A DNA stretch of 64,000 bases. Origin: Verrucomicrobiota bacterium (GTDB taxonomy: Bacteria; Verrucomicrobiota; Verrucomicrobiia; Limisphaerales; UBA8199). Positions within the stretch are counted from its first letter, which is position 1, and each line of letters starts with the position of its first letter. The position numbers and the translations under genes are program-made. Under the pieces are notes generated by a model. It was not told where the DNA came from. It was given only the letters and a program-made list of their open reading frames with translations, and made no database searches. Location of the stretch: contig JBEKJO010000001.1 in NCBI GenBank assembly GCA_050011195.1, positions 6,640 to 70,639 on the forward strand, in the 5' to 3' direction. Of this stretch, positions 37,198 through 47,461 are shown piece by piece.

Positions 37198-37545
37198 ATG
37201 AGAACAAAGCTATCTTCACTTGTAGTGGCTGGCCTGCCGATTTGCGCCGCGCTTTGGGCCATGCCTCAAGCTGTTAGCGGGCAAATCTATGTCGCGAACT
37301 ACGGCAGCGGCACGATTGGCGAATACACCACCGCTGGGGCGACGGTCAACGCCTCGCTGGTCTCAGGGTTGAATGAGCCGGAATACCTCGACGTTGAAAC
37401 CGTGCCCGAACCTTCCACGCTGGCCTTGGCCGGTTTGGGCGGGTTGGCTTTGCTGCGGCTCCGTCGCCAGCGGCACTTTCGGTTTTCGTTGTGTGAGGAG
37501 GCCTTAGCCTGTACAGTAATGAATCAGTGGCGGACATACAGATAA
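37198..37545 (+). CDS. small PEP-CTERM sorting-domain protein
   Basis: Signal peptide, one YVANYGSGTIGEY beta-propeller-like repeat, then VPEPSTLALAGLGGLALLRLRRQR. An unusual 23-aa tail follows the basic cluster. Confidence 0.7.
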   Translation: MRTKLSSLVVAGLPICAALWAMPQAVSGQIYVANYGSGTIGEYTTAGATVNASLVSGLNEPEYLDVETVPEPSTLALAGLGGLALLRLRRQRHFRFSLCEEALACTVMNQWRTYR

Positions 37546-37549
37546 ACGT

Positions 37550-40500
37550 ATGAAAGCAAATCCAGTCCAGAGAGTGGAGAGGCTGGCGGGAACATGTTTG
37601 AGGAGTTGGCGGCGGGCAGCACTGCTCACCCTCATCGCCGGGATCAGCGTGCCGGCGATCGGCCAGCCGCTCCAATTGGTATCGGTTCTTGATCCCTCGC
37701 AGGCACCGCCGTCGGGCGGCAGCGGCGACTCGTGGGCGCCGGTCATCAGCCCCGACGGACGCTATGTCCTCTTTGCCAGCACCGCGAACAACCTGGTGCT
37801 GACCAGCACGACGAACCCGATCCCGGCCCTGTTTCCCCCGAAACTCAATGTCTTCCTGCGCGACCGCACGAACGGCACGACGACGCTGGTCAGCGTCAAC
37901 CTCAGCGGGACAGGGGGCGGCAACGGGGATTCAACGCCTTCAACCCTCTCGACCAATGGCCGCTATGCCGTGTTTGAAAGCAGCGCCAGCGACCTGGTCC
38001 CCGGCGACACGAATAACGTCGCCGACGTGTTTGTCCGCGACCTGGTCGCCGGCACGACCCTGCTGGTCAGCGTCAGCACCAACGGCGGAAGTGCCAATGG
38101 CGCGTCCCGCAGTTCGGTCATGACCCCGGACGGGCGTTACGTGGCGTTCGTGAGCGAAGCCAGTAATCTGGTGCCCAATGACACAAACGGCATTCCTGAC
38201 GTGTTTGTGCGCGACTTGCAGACGGGCACGACCACGCTCGTCAGCGTGGGCGCAACCTTCAGCAGCGGCAGCCTGGGGGAAGGCGGCTCGGAATCGCCGG
38301 AGATTACTCCCAACGGTCGCTACGTTGCTTTCTACAGCCTGGCCACCAATCTCGTGCCGGGAGTCACGACTGGGGGCGACATATACGTCCGTGATCTGGT
38401 TGGCGGAACCACCACTTGGGTGAGCAGCTACGCGCGTACGGCCTTGCAGTCCATCATGGGAACAACGAATGCCATCTGCTACGGTCAGGTCCTCAGCGAC
38501 GATGGGCAATTCGTTGCCTATCAAACCAGCCCGCTCCCCGGTTCAGGTTCGGTGTGGTCGGCAGGGGTTGTTCTCCGGTACAGCCTGCAAACCGGCCTGA
38601 CCGACGTGGTGAACACCAATGCGAATGTCCGCACGGGGGCGCCCGAAGATGTGCGGAGCCTCGATATGACCCCGGACGGCCAGTTCATCGCTTTCATCGC
38701 CAATGTGAACGACACTTCGGGGACGAACACCTGCGTTGAGGTCTGGGATGCGCAAACCGGCGCGACGACGCTGGCGAGCGGAGACCTCAGTAACAACGTG
38801 CCGGCCAATGCGACGTGTGACTGGCCTGGCCTGGACCCCAGCGGACGGTTCGTCGTTTTCCTGAGCAGCGCCACGAATCTGGTCACCAATTCACTGGCGG
38901 GGGCTTATCACGTGTACGTGCGGGACACGCTGGCTGGCACCACGACGCTGGTGGACGCGGACACCAACGGGGTCGGTTCGATGATCAGCCCGGTAACCAT
39001 TCCACAGATGACCTCTAATGGGCAATACGTGGCGTTCGAGTGCCCCGATGCCAGCCTGGTGCCCAATGATCGCAACCACGACTATGATGTGTTTGTGCGT
39101 GAATTGGTTGCCGGGACTAATGAACTGATTTCCGCCAGAGACCCGACACTGCCAACGCTCACTCCGAACGGCCCGAGCTTGCTCTCCACCTTGTCCGTCA
39201 GCACGAATGGCCGTTATATCGCATTCGCCAGCGAAGCCGACAACCTCGTGCCCGGGGACACGAACGGCTACCGGGACGTTTTTGTCCGCGACCTGCTGCT
39301 CGGCACCAATACCCTGGTGAGCGTGGCCACCAACGGGGCGGTCGGGAATAGCCTCTCGACGGACCCGGCCATCAGCGGGGATGGCCGCTATGTGGCGTTT
39401 ACCAGCAGCGCCGACAACCTTGTGCCGGGTGATACCAACAATGCTCAGGACGTTTTTGTGCGCGATTTGCAGGCTGGAACGACCGTCCTCGTGAGCGTGA
39501 ACACCGCAGGCACCGGTTCGGGAAATGGCGCGTCCTATTCCCCCGCACTCAGTTCCAACGGAAGATATGTTCTGTTCCGAAGTTTGGCGGCGAACCTTGC
39601 GTCCGGGTCGTTCACCGCAGGCTATGAAAACCTGTTCCTGCGTGATTTACAGACAGGCACCAATTATGCGCTGACCCATACGACTTCGGGCAGTCCGGTA
39701 AGCTCGATGACTCCCGATGGCCGGTTCGTTGCGTTTTCTGGAGTCGTTTCAGGGAGTGCCGCGAAACTGTACGTTTGGGATTCGCAGTTAGCCGGGCTGG
39801 TTTATACCAATGCGGTCAGCGGGATTGTGAACCTGGTTGTGAGTTCCAACGGGAATCGCATCGCCTATACCACAGGCGTCACGTTGTATGCCGTGGATCG
39901 GGCGGCAAAGACCAACTGGACGATTGGCCCTCTGGCCTCCACTTCGCACCCGGGACTGCGCTTCAGCGGGGACGGACGTTATCTGGCCTACGTGACACCG
40001 GTGAGCGGCACAAATCAGGTCTGCCTTTACGATCTTCAAAACCGGACCAATCTTCTGGTCAGCCGGAGCGACAACTCGTCTGCCGCGGCCAATGGCGCTT
40101 CCGATTGGCCGGATATCAGCGTTGATGGGCGTTTCGTGGCTTATCGCAGCATGGCCAGCAACATCGTTCCCGGCGACACGAACGGCCTGCCCGATGTGTT
40201 CCTTTACGACACACAGAATAACACTACAACGCTCTTGAGCGCGGACCGGTTCGGAGGTTCAGCAGGCGACAACCGGTCCTTGGCGCCCGTGTTCAGCGGC
40301 GACGGACAAACCCTGGTGTTCCAGAGCTGGGCTTCGGACCTGGTGGCCCAGGATTTCAATCACAGCAGCGATGTGTTTGCCTACAGCCTTTCTTCCTCCG
40401 GCCAAATACCTCTGTTCTCTGCGACGATTATCGGCGGGACCGGCGCGGGGTCGGCTCCCTGGGTGAGCTGGCCGGTGGTGCCCGGGAGAACCTACCAAGT

Positions 40501-40636
40501 GCAATTCAAGAATTCCCTGAATGACGCGGTGTGGCAGGACCTGAACCAGGAGGTCACCATCATTGGCAACCAGGGTTACGTGAACGACATCTCGGCCGGC
40601 AGTGGCCCCAGGTTTTATCGCATTGTAGCTTATTAA
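37550..40636 (+). CDS. large secreted protein with ~16 PD40/TolB-type beta-propeller repeats and a C-terminal beta-sandwich-like domain
   Basis: Recurrent DGR(Y/F)VAFxSxAxNLVPGDTNxxxDVFVRDLxxGTTxLVS units, about 16 by eye. The C-terminus is ...GRTYQVQFKNSLNDAVWQDL...GPRFYRIVAY. Confidence 0.8.
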   Translation: MKANPVQRVERLAGTCLRSWRRAALLTLIAGISVPAIGQPLQLVSVLDPSQAPPSGGSGDSWAPVISPDGRYVLFASTANNLVLTSTTNPIPALFPPKLNVFLRDRTNGTTTLVSVNLSGTGGGNGDSTPSTLSTNGRYAVFESSASDLVPGDTNNVADVFVRDLVAGTTLLVSVSTNGGSANGASRSSVMTPDGRYVAFVSEASNLVPNDTNGIPDVFVRDLQTGTTTLVSVGATFSSGSLGEGGSESPEITPNGRYVAFYSLATNLVPGVTTGGDIYVRDLVGGTTTWVSSYARTALQSIMGTTNAICYGQVLSDDGQFVAYQTSPLPGSGSVWSAGVVLRYSLQTGLTDVVNTNANVRTGAPEDVRSLDMTPDGQFIAFIANVNDTSGTNTCVEVWDAQTGATTLASGDLSNNVPANATCDWPGLDPSGRFVVFLSSATNLVTNSLAGAYHVYVRDTLAGTTTLVDADTNGVGSMISPVTIPQMTSNGQYVAFECPDASLVPNDRNHDYDVFVRELVAGTNELISARDPTLPTLTPNGPSLLSTLSVSTNGRYIAFASEADNLVPGDTNGYRDVFVRDLLLGTNTLVSVATNGAVGNSLSTDPAISGDGRYVAFTSSADNLVPGDTNNAQDVFVRDLQAGTTVLVSVNTAGTGSGNGASYSPALSSNGRYVLFRSLAANLASGSFTAGYENLFLRDLQTGTNYALTHTTSGSPVSSMTPDGRFVAFSGVVSGSAAKLYVWDSQLAGLVYTNAVSGIVNLVVSSNGNRIAYTTGVTLYAVDRAAKTNWTIGPLASTSHPGLRFSGDGRYLAYVTPVSGTNQVCLYDLQNRTNLLVSRSDNSSAAANGASDWPDISVDGRFVAYRSMASNIVPGDTNGLPDVFLYDTQNNTTTLLSADRFGGSAGDNRSLAPVFSGDGQTLVFQSWASDLVAQDFNHSSDVFAYSLSSSGQIPLFSATIIGGTGAGSAPWVSWPVVPGRTYQVQFKNSLNDAVWQDLNQEVTIIGNQGYVNDISAGSGPRFYRIVAY

Positions 40637-40757
40637 AAGGAGATCGCTTATGAACGCATTCCAGTGCTTGGCTCTTGAAGACCGGCTTTCAAAGCCGGTG
40701 GTGAAAAACAGGGTGGGGAACGTGGCGCAGGGATGCCCCGCGCACCCGCCGCCACGG

Positions 40758-41573
40758 ATGGCCGCCCTACGCAGTCACGGGTTTACGCTGATCGAACTGG
40801 TGGTGGTGCTCGCCCTGATCGCACTTGGGGCCGCCATGCTGACGCCTGGTCTGGCCCATACCCGGCCCAATGTTCGCGCCATACAGTGTCTGAGCAACCT
40901 CAGTCAAATGCAGGCCGGCTGGCGGATGTATGCGTCTGATTTCAATGACGTGATGCTCCCAAACGCCCCTTTAGGAATGGTGAACGCCGATACTTGGTGC
41001 GGCAGCCAGTCCGAGGATTGGAAGAACTCGAATGCGAATACCAATCCTGCGCCTTATCTCGCCGCCCTGCTGGCTTCATACGTCGGGAACCAGATTGGGC
41101 TTTACAAATGTCCCGGCGACACGATTCCGTCGAGCAACGGGCCGCGTATCCGCAGCTATTCGATGAACGGCCAGATGGGCAACTTCTACTGCGAATCGCT
41201 CGCGCAGTCTTACAACCCCGGCTACAACGCCTACGTAAAAGTCACTGAGCTGGTCGGCGCACTTCCGCCGGCGATGGCTCTTGTGTTCTGTGAAGAGAAC
41301 ATGTGCAGTTTGGACGACGGTTACTTGCAGGTGGACGATTACAACGACAGTGGCTGGCCGGACGTGCCAGGGTCCTACCATAATGGTGGCATGGGCGTTT
41401 CTTTTGCTGACGGCCACGTCGAGCTGCATCAATGGGTCACTGGCGCTCTGCTGATACCCGTTAGATTCGGCTTTGGCTATCCTTCGGGGAACTACCCCGC
41501 GTTTACGGGTGGCCACACCAATGCTGATCTGGTGTGGTGGAAGGCCCACACGGCGGCCCCGCTGGGCCAGTGA
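40758..41573 (+). CDS. prepilin-type N-terminal cleavage/methylation protein, H-X9-DG family
   Basis: MAALRSHGFTLIELVVVLALIALGAAML and a C-terminal SFADGHVELH. ATG at 40758 preferred to the track start 40650. Confidence 0.75.
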   Translation: MAALRSHGFTLIELVVVLALIALGAAMLTPGLAHTRPNVRAIQCLSNLSQMQAGWRMYASDFNDVMLPNAPLGMVNADTWCGSQSEDWKNSNANTNPAPYLAALLASYVGNQIGLYKCPGDTIPSSNGPRIRSYSMNGQMGNFYCESLAQSYNPGYNAYVKVTELVGALPPAMALVFCEENMCSLDDGYLQVDDYNDSGWPDVPGSYHNGGMGVSFADGHVELHQWVTGALLIPVRFGFGYPSGNYPAFTGGHTNADLVWWKAHTAAPLGQ

Positions 41574-41673
41574 AAGAGAGGTGTGTCTTTGGATTGAACT
41601 GGTATGATACCCCAAGTCGCCTTCTCGCGAACATTTCAAAGGTCGAGACTCCAAGACAAGCATCTCCTCAGAC

Positions 41674-41697
41674 TTCAACTGCGGCTTCCAGGTTGAA
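41674..41697 (+). promoter_or_regulatory. second copy of the 24-nt hairpin motif, upstream of the oxidoreductase gene
   Basis: ttcaactgcggcttccaggttgaa, 59 nt upstream of the ATG at 41757. It differs at 2 loop positions from 14399..14422. Confidence 0.3.
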
Positions 41698-41756
41698 AGG
41701 AAGGATTCCGGTGATCCTGACTTGTCTTCCGGCACGCCCCGGCTTAAAAGGGAGCC

Positions 41757-43103
41757 ATGAACCGCCGGAAATTCATCCAAATCGGTGCGGCAGGGTTGGC
41801 GTTGTCGGCCTTCGGCAACTATGCCGCCGAATTCGCAGACCAGAAAAAGCGCGTCGGCCTGATCGGCTGCGGCTGGTACGGCAAGTGTGATTTGCTCCGG
41901 TTGATCCAGGTTGCGCCGGTCGAAGTCGTCTCGCTCTGCGACGTGGACAAGCAGATGCTGGCCGGGGCGGCGGAGATCGTTGCCACGCGCCAGGCCTCGA
42001 AGAAGAAGCCGCGCACCTACCATGACTATCGGGACATGCTCCGGGAGAAAGACCTCGAGGTGGTGCTCATCGCCACGCCCGACCATTGGCATGCCCTGCC
42101 GATGATCGCCGCGGTCGAAGCGGGCGCGGACGTTTATGTCCAGAAGCCGATCAGCGTGGATGTGATCGAGGGCCAGGCCATGCTCGCGGCGGCGCGGGAG
42201 CACAGGCGCGTCGTGCAGGTGGGCACCCAGCGCCGCAGCACCCCCCATTTCATTGAAGCCCGCGACACCATCCTCCGCGAAGGCAAGCTGGGCAAAGTTG
42301 GCTTGGTGGAGGTCTATAGCTATTACGGCATGGGCTCCGGGCCGGACCCGGAGGACAGCGCGCCGCCCGATTATCTCGATTGGGAGATGTGGACCGGCCC
42401 GGCCCCGATGCGGCCTTACAACCCGATGAAACATCCAATGGGTTGGCGCTCGTTCATGGAATACAGCAACGGCACCCTCGGTGACCTTTGCATCCACATG
42501 CTGGACGCCGCCCGCTGGATGCTCGATCTAGGTTCACCCAGGAGCGTCAGTTCCGCCGGGGGCATCATCATGAGCAAGGGCCGCAAGGGAAACATCTCCG
42601 ACACCCAGACCGCCATCTTTGATTTCGGCGACCTGCAAGTCGTCTGGCAGCACCGCCGTTGGGGCCAGTCGCCCGACCCGCGCTATCCGTGGGGCATCAC
42701 GTTCTGGGGGGACAAGGGCAACCTGAAGGCCAGCATCAACAGTTACGACTTCACGCCGATGGGCGGCGGGCAGCCCATCCACCGCGAGGTCACGATGGAG
42801 TTTGACCAATACCCGGAAGACCGGACCGAGGAGCGACTTGAGAAGCAAGTGGCGCCTGCGATTCGCGGCCACATGAAGGATTTCCTGTCCGCCATCGCCA
42901 GCCGGGGCAAGCCGGTCGCGGATATCGAGCAAGGCTACATTTCAACCACCGCCTGCATCCTGGCGAACATGTCCATGAAGTTGGGCCGCAGCCTGGCCTG
43001 GGATGCCGCCGCGGGCCGGATTGTGGGCGATGAAGAGGCCACCCGTCTGTTGCAACGGCCTTACCGCGCGCCGTGGATTCACCCCGAGCCGGCGAAGGTC
43101 TAA
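41757..43103 (+). CDS. Gfo/Idh/MocA-family oxidoreductase with Tat signal
   Basis: MNRRKFIQIGAAGLALSAFG, then the Rossmann segment VGLIGCGWYG. Confidence 0.85.
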   Translation: MNRRKFIQIGAAGLALSAFGNYAAEFADQKKRVGLIGCGWYGKCDLLRLIQVAPVEVVSLCDVDKQMLAGAAEIVATRQASKKKPRTYHDYRDMLREKDLEVVLIATPDHWHALPMIAAVEAGADVYVQKPISVDVIEGQAMLAAAREHRRVVQVGTQRRSTPHFIEARDTILREGKLGKVGLVEVYSYYGMGSGPDPEDSAPPDYLDWEMWTGPAPMRPYNPMKHPMGWRSFMEYSNGTLGDLCIHMLDAARWMLDLGSPRSVSSAGGIIMSKGRKGNISDTQTAIFDFGDLQVVWQHRRWGQSPDPRYPWGITFWGDKGNLKASINSYDFTPMGGGQPIHREVTMEFDQYPEDRTEERLEKQVAPAIRGHMKDFLSAIASRGKPVADIEQGYISTTACILANMSMKLGRSLAWDAAAGRIVGDEEATRLLQRPYRAPWIHPEPAKV

Positions 43104-43272
43104 GCCGGCCCACTCACACCCTTTTCAACGGGGAGGGCGAGCGTCCTCGCGAGCCCTGATTCCCGGAAACGTTTGGGCTTGCGGGGACGCTCGCCCTCCC
43201 GAACAGGCCGTAAAAGGCAGGGCGGGCAGAGGACTGCCCGCCGCTGCCGAGTTTCTTCTGATTTGCCTCTAC

Positions 43273-44607
43273 TCAAATCCCCCCATCCACCTGCCAGCGA
43301 TGCGCCGGATTGTCCTTCCGCACCGCCAGGTTGTGCTTCTTCACTTCGCCGCCCTTGAACTTGATCTCGTAAGGCACGAACTGGCCTCCGTAGGACTTGG
43401 AGCTGAAGGCCTTGCCCAGGCTGACAATCTCTATGCCGCCGAGGTAATCTTTCAATTGCTGCGTGACCGGTGAGTAGAACTTCTCCACCTCGTTCCAATC
43501 CTCTTTGGCGCAGGCCTCGAAGAACGCGCGGGCGGCTTCATCCGGTGTCATCGAAGCGTACTTCTCGTTGTCAGGTAGTTTCTGCGGCTCGTGATACCAG
43601 CTCACATCCGCCGGCAGATTAAGCTGCCAGACGCTGGGATCAATCGGCTGGTCGTAGTCAATTTGGCTGAGGTCGAAGATTTGCACTTCGTTGGTGCCGC
43701 CCGCCAGATAGATCTGCACGGCTTCCAGCCGTTCGCTTTGCGCATCGAAGCGATAGACGCGGCGGGTATCCGCGTCGTGCAAGAACTTGTTCTTGCAGTA
43801 GTCATCGTCAGGCAGGCCGCATTTGGCCATAACGCTGACAACGGATTTGAGGCGGCCATCCGTGCCCGTTTCCTCGGTGAGGGCCAGCTTCCAGCCCTGG
43901 GCCTGGGCGTGGCGCAGTTCGTTGCTGATGGTATTGCTGAGGTTGGCAATCCGGTGCAGCCAGTCCGTGTCGAAGGCGCTGGTGGTGCGCTGGGCCACCT
44001 TGACGGCCTCGTTGATCGGCGGCTTGAGGTAAAGGATGGTCTGCTGGCCGTCCATCACCGCCACGCGGCCCGTCTTTTCGACCCGCCACTTCAATTCGGG
44101 CTGGAACTGCTTCCACAATTCGATGGGGGAAAAGTCACTGTCGGCGTCAATGTTGCTGAAGTTGTCCCTGGGCAGCGTGCGCAGTTGGCCTTTCAAGTGG
44201 ACGCTGGTGAGGTTGGCGATGGCCCGAGCGCCCTTGGCCAGCACGTCGGCGGCCTTGGCCTGCGCCTTTGGCGCCGCCAGCGCGATAATTAGAATAACAG
44301 CCGCCGCAGTTGCGGCAGCGCCTAACCCGAAGCCCCAGCGGCTCTTGAAGAATAAACTCATAATTGTGATCCTTTCCGGTTTGATTTGTTTTTGGTGAAC
44401 GATGCGCATCACCGGTTCAACCAGCGACACCCCCGCTGCCACGCGGCCACGGGCCGCCAGCCGCTCTTGCAAGCGGCTGATGGCCCCGTATTCCGCCCGG
44501 CAGGCGGCACAGCTTTCGAGGTGTGCCTGGCATTCGCGGGATTGCTCGGCTTCGAGCAGCCCTTCCAGGCAGGCGACCAGGTTGTCCCGGCATTCAGCGC
44601 AGTTCAT
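43273..44607 (-). CDS. anti-sigma factor (zf-HC2) with large extracytoplasmic domain
   Basis: ATG at 44607 gives MNCAECRDNLVACLEGLLEAEQSRECQAHLESCAACRAEY, followed by a TM segment. It lies 4 nt downstream of the ECF sigma gene. Confidence 0.7.
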   Translation of the reverse strand: MNCAECRDNLVACLEGLLEAEQSRECQAHLESCAACRAEYGAISRLQERLAARGRVAAGVSLVEPVMRIVHQKQIKPERITIMSLFFKSRWGFGLGAAATAAAVILIIALAAPKAQAKAADVLAKGARAIANLTSVHLKGQLRTLPRDNFSNIDADSDFSPIELWKQFQPELKWRVEKTGRVAVMDGQQTILYLKPPINEAVKVAQRTTSAFDTDWLHRIANLSNTISNELRHAQAQGWKLALTEETGTDGRLKSVVSVMAKCGLPDDDYCKNKFLHDADTRRVYRFDAQSERLEAVQIYLAGGTNEVQIFDLSQIDYDQPIDPSVWQLNLPADVSWYHEPQKLPDNEKYASMTPDEAARAFFEACAKEDWNEVEKFYSPVTQQLKDYLGGIEIVSLGKAFSSKSYGGQFVPYEIKFKGGEVKKHNLAVRKDNPAHRWQVDGGI

Positions 44608-44611
44608 AATG

Positions 44612-45184
44612 TTACGTTTGTTCGACTGTTGGTTCTTTGCCTTCACGAGCCTTGAGCTCCTGGCGCAGCAGGGCATAGGCCCGTGAGAGCGTTTTGGTGA
44701 CGGTTCCCAGCGGCATCCCGAGGCGTGTGGCCACATCCTGACAGGAGAGCCCCTCGTAATACCGCATGAGTATCACCTGACGATAGGATTCGGGCAGGAC
44801 GGTGATGGCTTCCTCCAACGGATACTCCGGCGCGTCGCCGGGATTCTCCGCCAGCAAGGTTTCCGCGACCGCGCGGTCCTTTTGGCGGCGCTCCGTGGCC
44901 CGGAACTGCTCCTTGAGCACCCTTCCGGCAATGCCCATCAGCCAGGCATAGAACGACTCGGGCTTGCGCAGCTTCTTGAGCGACAAAAAGGCCCGCACGA
45001 ACGATTCCTGCGCGGCTTCCTCCGCCTCCAGATGGTTCCCCAGCCGGCTGGACAAATACGCAAAGAGCGGCCGCTGATAGCGTTGCACCAGCAGCCGGAA
45101 GTGGTCTGGACAGCCGTTGCGGCTGCTCACGACGTATTGCCCGTCGGTCAGTTCCGCGCCCTCATCTTGCGCTAATGAGTTCAT
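44612..45184 (-). CDS. RNA polymerase sigma-70 factor, ECF subfamily
   Basis: Region 2 (LFAYLSSRLGNHLEAEEAAQESFVRAF) and region 4 (ILMRYYEGLSCQDVATRLGMPLGTVKT-like). Confidence 0.85.
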   Translation of the reverse strand: MNSLAQDEGAELTDGQYVVSSRNGCPDHFRLLVQRYQRPLFAYLSSRLGNHLEAEEAAQESFVRAFLSLKKLRKPESFYAWLMGIAGRVLKEQFRATERRQKDRAVAETLLAENPGDAPEYPLEEAITVLPESYRQVILMRYYEGLSCQDVATRLGMPLGTVTKTLSRAYALLRQELKAREGKEPTVEQT

Positions 45185-45573
45185 ATCGTCATGCTATAGT
45201 GAAGCCGGAGGCGCTTTTGCGACAAAAATCTTTGCGGCCTTGCCCGCCGGAAGCCTTCTTGATTCGGCCTTGGGCGCGGGAGCAAAACCTGATTCCTGCG
45301 TCGGCCAGGTCGAAGCCCGCCTCGCCGAATCCCATTCCGCGCGGAAGAGCGCTCTGCTGCGTCTGCCCAGGATGGACAACGTCTTTACCGGCGTCTTGAA
45401 GCAAGGGCAGGGCAGGGGACGGCGATTTTCCTTTCCTTCGAGAGGAATGTCGTTATCTTTCTGCGACTTAATGCTCGCCATTCCGGCGAGCAAAGACAGG
45501 CATTTGACCGCGAAAGGTGCAGTTTGTCCTTCCCGGCTGGAACTGGCCGGGCGTGGTCTGTAGCTTTTAGAAG

Positions 45574-47364
45574 ATGGACGCAGCGCACATTAGAAATTTC
45601 AGCATCATCGCCCATATCGATCATGGGAAGACGACGCTTTCTGACCGGCTGCTGCACCGGACCGGCACCATCACGACGCGCGAGATGGAGGACCAACTGC
45701 TCGATTCGATGGACCTGGAGAAAGAGCGCGGTATCACGATCAAGGCGCACCCGGTGACGATGCTTTACCAGGCCAAGAGTGGCCAGACCTACGAACTGAA
45801 CCTCATCGATACGCCCGGCCATGTGGACTTTTCCTATGAGGTGTCGCGCAGCCTAAGTGCCTGCGAAGGCGCGCTGCTGGTCGTGGATGCCGCCCAGGGC
45901 GTCGAAGCCCAAACCGTCGCCAATGTGCACCTGGCAATGAAGCAGAACCTCACTATCATCCCCATCATCAATAAAATCGACTTGCCGCACGCCGACGTCG
46001 CGCAGGCCAAACAGCAGTTGGAGGACATTCTCGCCATTCCGGGCGATTCGGCCATTTTGGCCAGCGCCAAGGAGGGCATCGGCATAGACGAGATTCTTGA
46101 AGCGATCGTGGAACGGATTCCAGCGCCAAAGCCGACCGGCGCGCCTTCGGTGCAGGCGCTTGGGTTCGATTCCTATTTCGATACTTACAAAGGCGTGGTG
46201 ACCCACGTGCGCGTCTTTAACGGGGAGTTGAAGCCGGGGATGCAAGTCAAACTGCTCCATTCCGGCAAAAATGTGGAAGTCAAAGAAGTTGGCAGCTTCA
46301 ATCCCAAGCCCTATGTGCGCGAGCGGCTCGAGGTCGGCGAGACCGGCTACCTGACGGCCAACATCAAGAGCCCCCAGGAAGTGAAGATGGGTGACACAAT
46401 CACCGACGCGCGGCATCCGTCGCCCGCGCTGCCAGGCTTTAAGGAGATTCATCCGATGGTGTTTAGTGGGATCTACCCGATTAACACCGGAGACTACGAG
46501 CACCTCAAAGCCAACCTCGCGAAGCTGCAATTGAACGACTCAGCCTTCGCGTACCAGCCCGAAACCTCGGTGGCACTGGGCTTTGGCTTCCGCTGCGGAT
46601 TCCTCGGTCTGCTGCATTTGGAGATTGTCCAGGAGCGCTTGCGACGCGAATACGGCATGGACATTATCGCCACCTACCCCAGCGTCATCTATCGCGTAAC
46701 CCTCACCGACGGCACGGTGAAGGAGATCGATAACCCCGCCTATCTGCCCGAGCCAACCTTCATCGACGCGATCGCCGAGCCGATGGTTAAAACCTTTGTC
46801 ATTTGCCCAAATGAGTATATCGGCGACATGATGGCGCTGATTACCGAAAAACGCGGCGCGGTGGACCACACTGAGACGCTGGATTCGCGCCGCGTCATGC
46901 TGACCGGCCTGTTGCCGCTGAATGAAATCCTCATTGATTTCCATGACCGCATCAAGAGCATCACCCGGGGCTATGGCTCGATGGATTACGAACGCGCCGG
47001 CTATCGGGAATCGGACATGGTCAAGCTCGACATGCTCGTGAACGGCGAGGCCGTGGACGCGTTTTCCTGCATTGTGCATCGCGACAAAGCGGAGGGCAGG
47101 GGACGCGCCCTCGCCGCGAAGCTCAAAGAAGTCATCCCTCGCCAGCAATACGCGGTTGCCATCCAAGCCGCCATCGGCGGCAAAGTCATCGCTCGCGAGA
47201 CCGTCGGCGCGTTGCGCAAAGATGTCACCGCCAAGTGTTATGGCGGCGACATCACCCGCAAGCGCAAGCTTCTGGAGAAGCAGAAGGAAGGCAAGAAGCG
47301 CATGAAGTCCTTTGGCTCCGTGAACATCCCCCAGGAAGCCTTTATCGAAGTGCTCAAAGCATGA
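45574..47364 (+). CDS. lepA: elongation factor 4 (LepA)
   Basis: [35 protein letters not shown] and the LepA C-terminal domain. Confidence 0.95.
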   Translation: MDAAHIRNFSIIAHIDHGKTTLSDRLLHRTGTITTREMEDQLLDSMDLEKERGITIKAHPVTMLYQAKSGQTYELNLIDTPGHVDFSYEVSRSLSACEGALLVVDAAQGVEAQTVANVHLAMKQNLTIIPIINKIDLPHADVAQAKQQLEDILAIPGDSAILASAKEGIGIDEILEAIVERIPAPKPTGAPSVQALGFDSYFDTYKGVVTHVRVFNGELKPGMQVKLLHSGKNVEVKEVGSFNPKPYVRERLEVGETGYLTANIKSPQEVKMGDTITDARHPSPALPGFKEIHPMVFSGIYPINTGDYEHLKANLAKLQLNDSAFAYQPETSVALGFGFRCGFLGLLHLEIVQERLRREYGMDIIATYPSVIYRVTLTDGTVKEIDNPAYLPEPTFIDAIAEPMVKTFVICPNEYIGDMMALITEKRGAVDHTETLDSRRVMLTGLLPLNEILIDFHDRIKSITRGYGSMDYERAGYRESDMVKLDMLVNGEAVDAFSCIVHRDKAEGRGRALAAKLKEVIPRQQYAVAIQAAIGGKVIARETVGALRKDVTAKCYGGDITRKRKLLEKQKEGKKRMKSFGSVNIPQEAFIEVLKA

Positions 47365-47395
47365 GTTCAGCTTCCTTATGTTACTCATGCAACCC

Positions 47396-47448
47396 GCCTA
47401 ACCGATCTAGCTCATCTAACACTTTTAACTCGTTTAACTTAATTAACC
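47396..47448. repeat. phased (T/C)TAAC array (9 bp spacing), copy 2
   Basis: cctaaccgatctagctcatctaacacttttaactcgtttaacttaattaaccc, between lepA and lepB. Confidence 0.75.
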
Positions 47449-47461
47449 CGCCACGCGCTTC

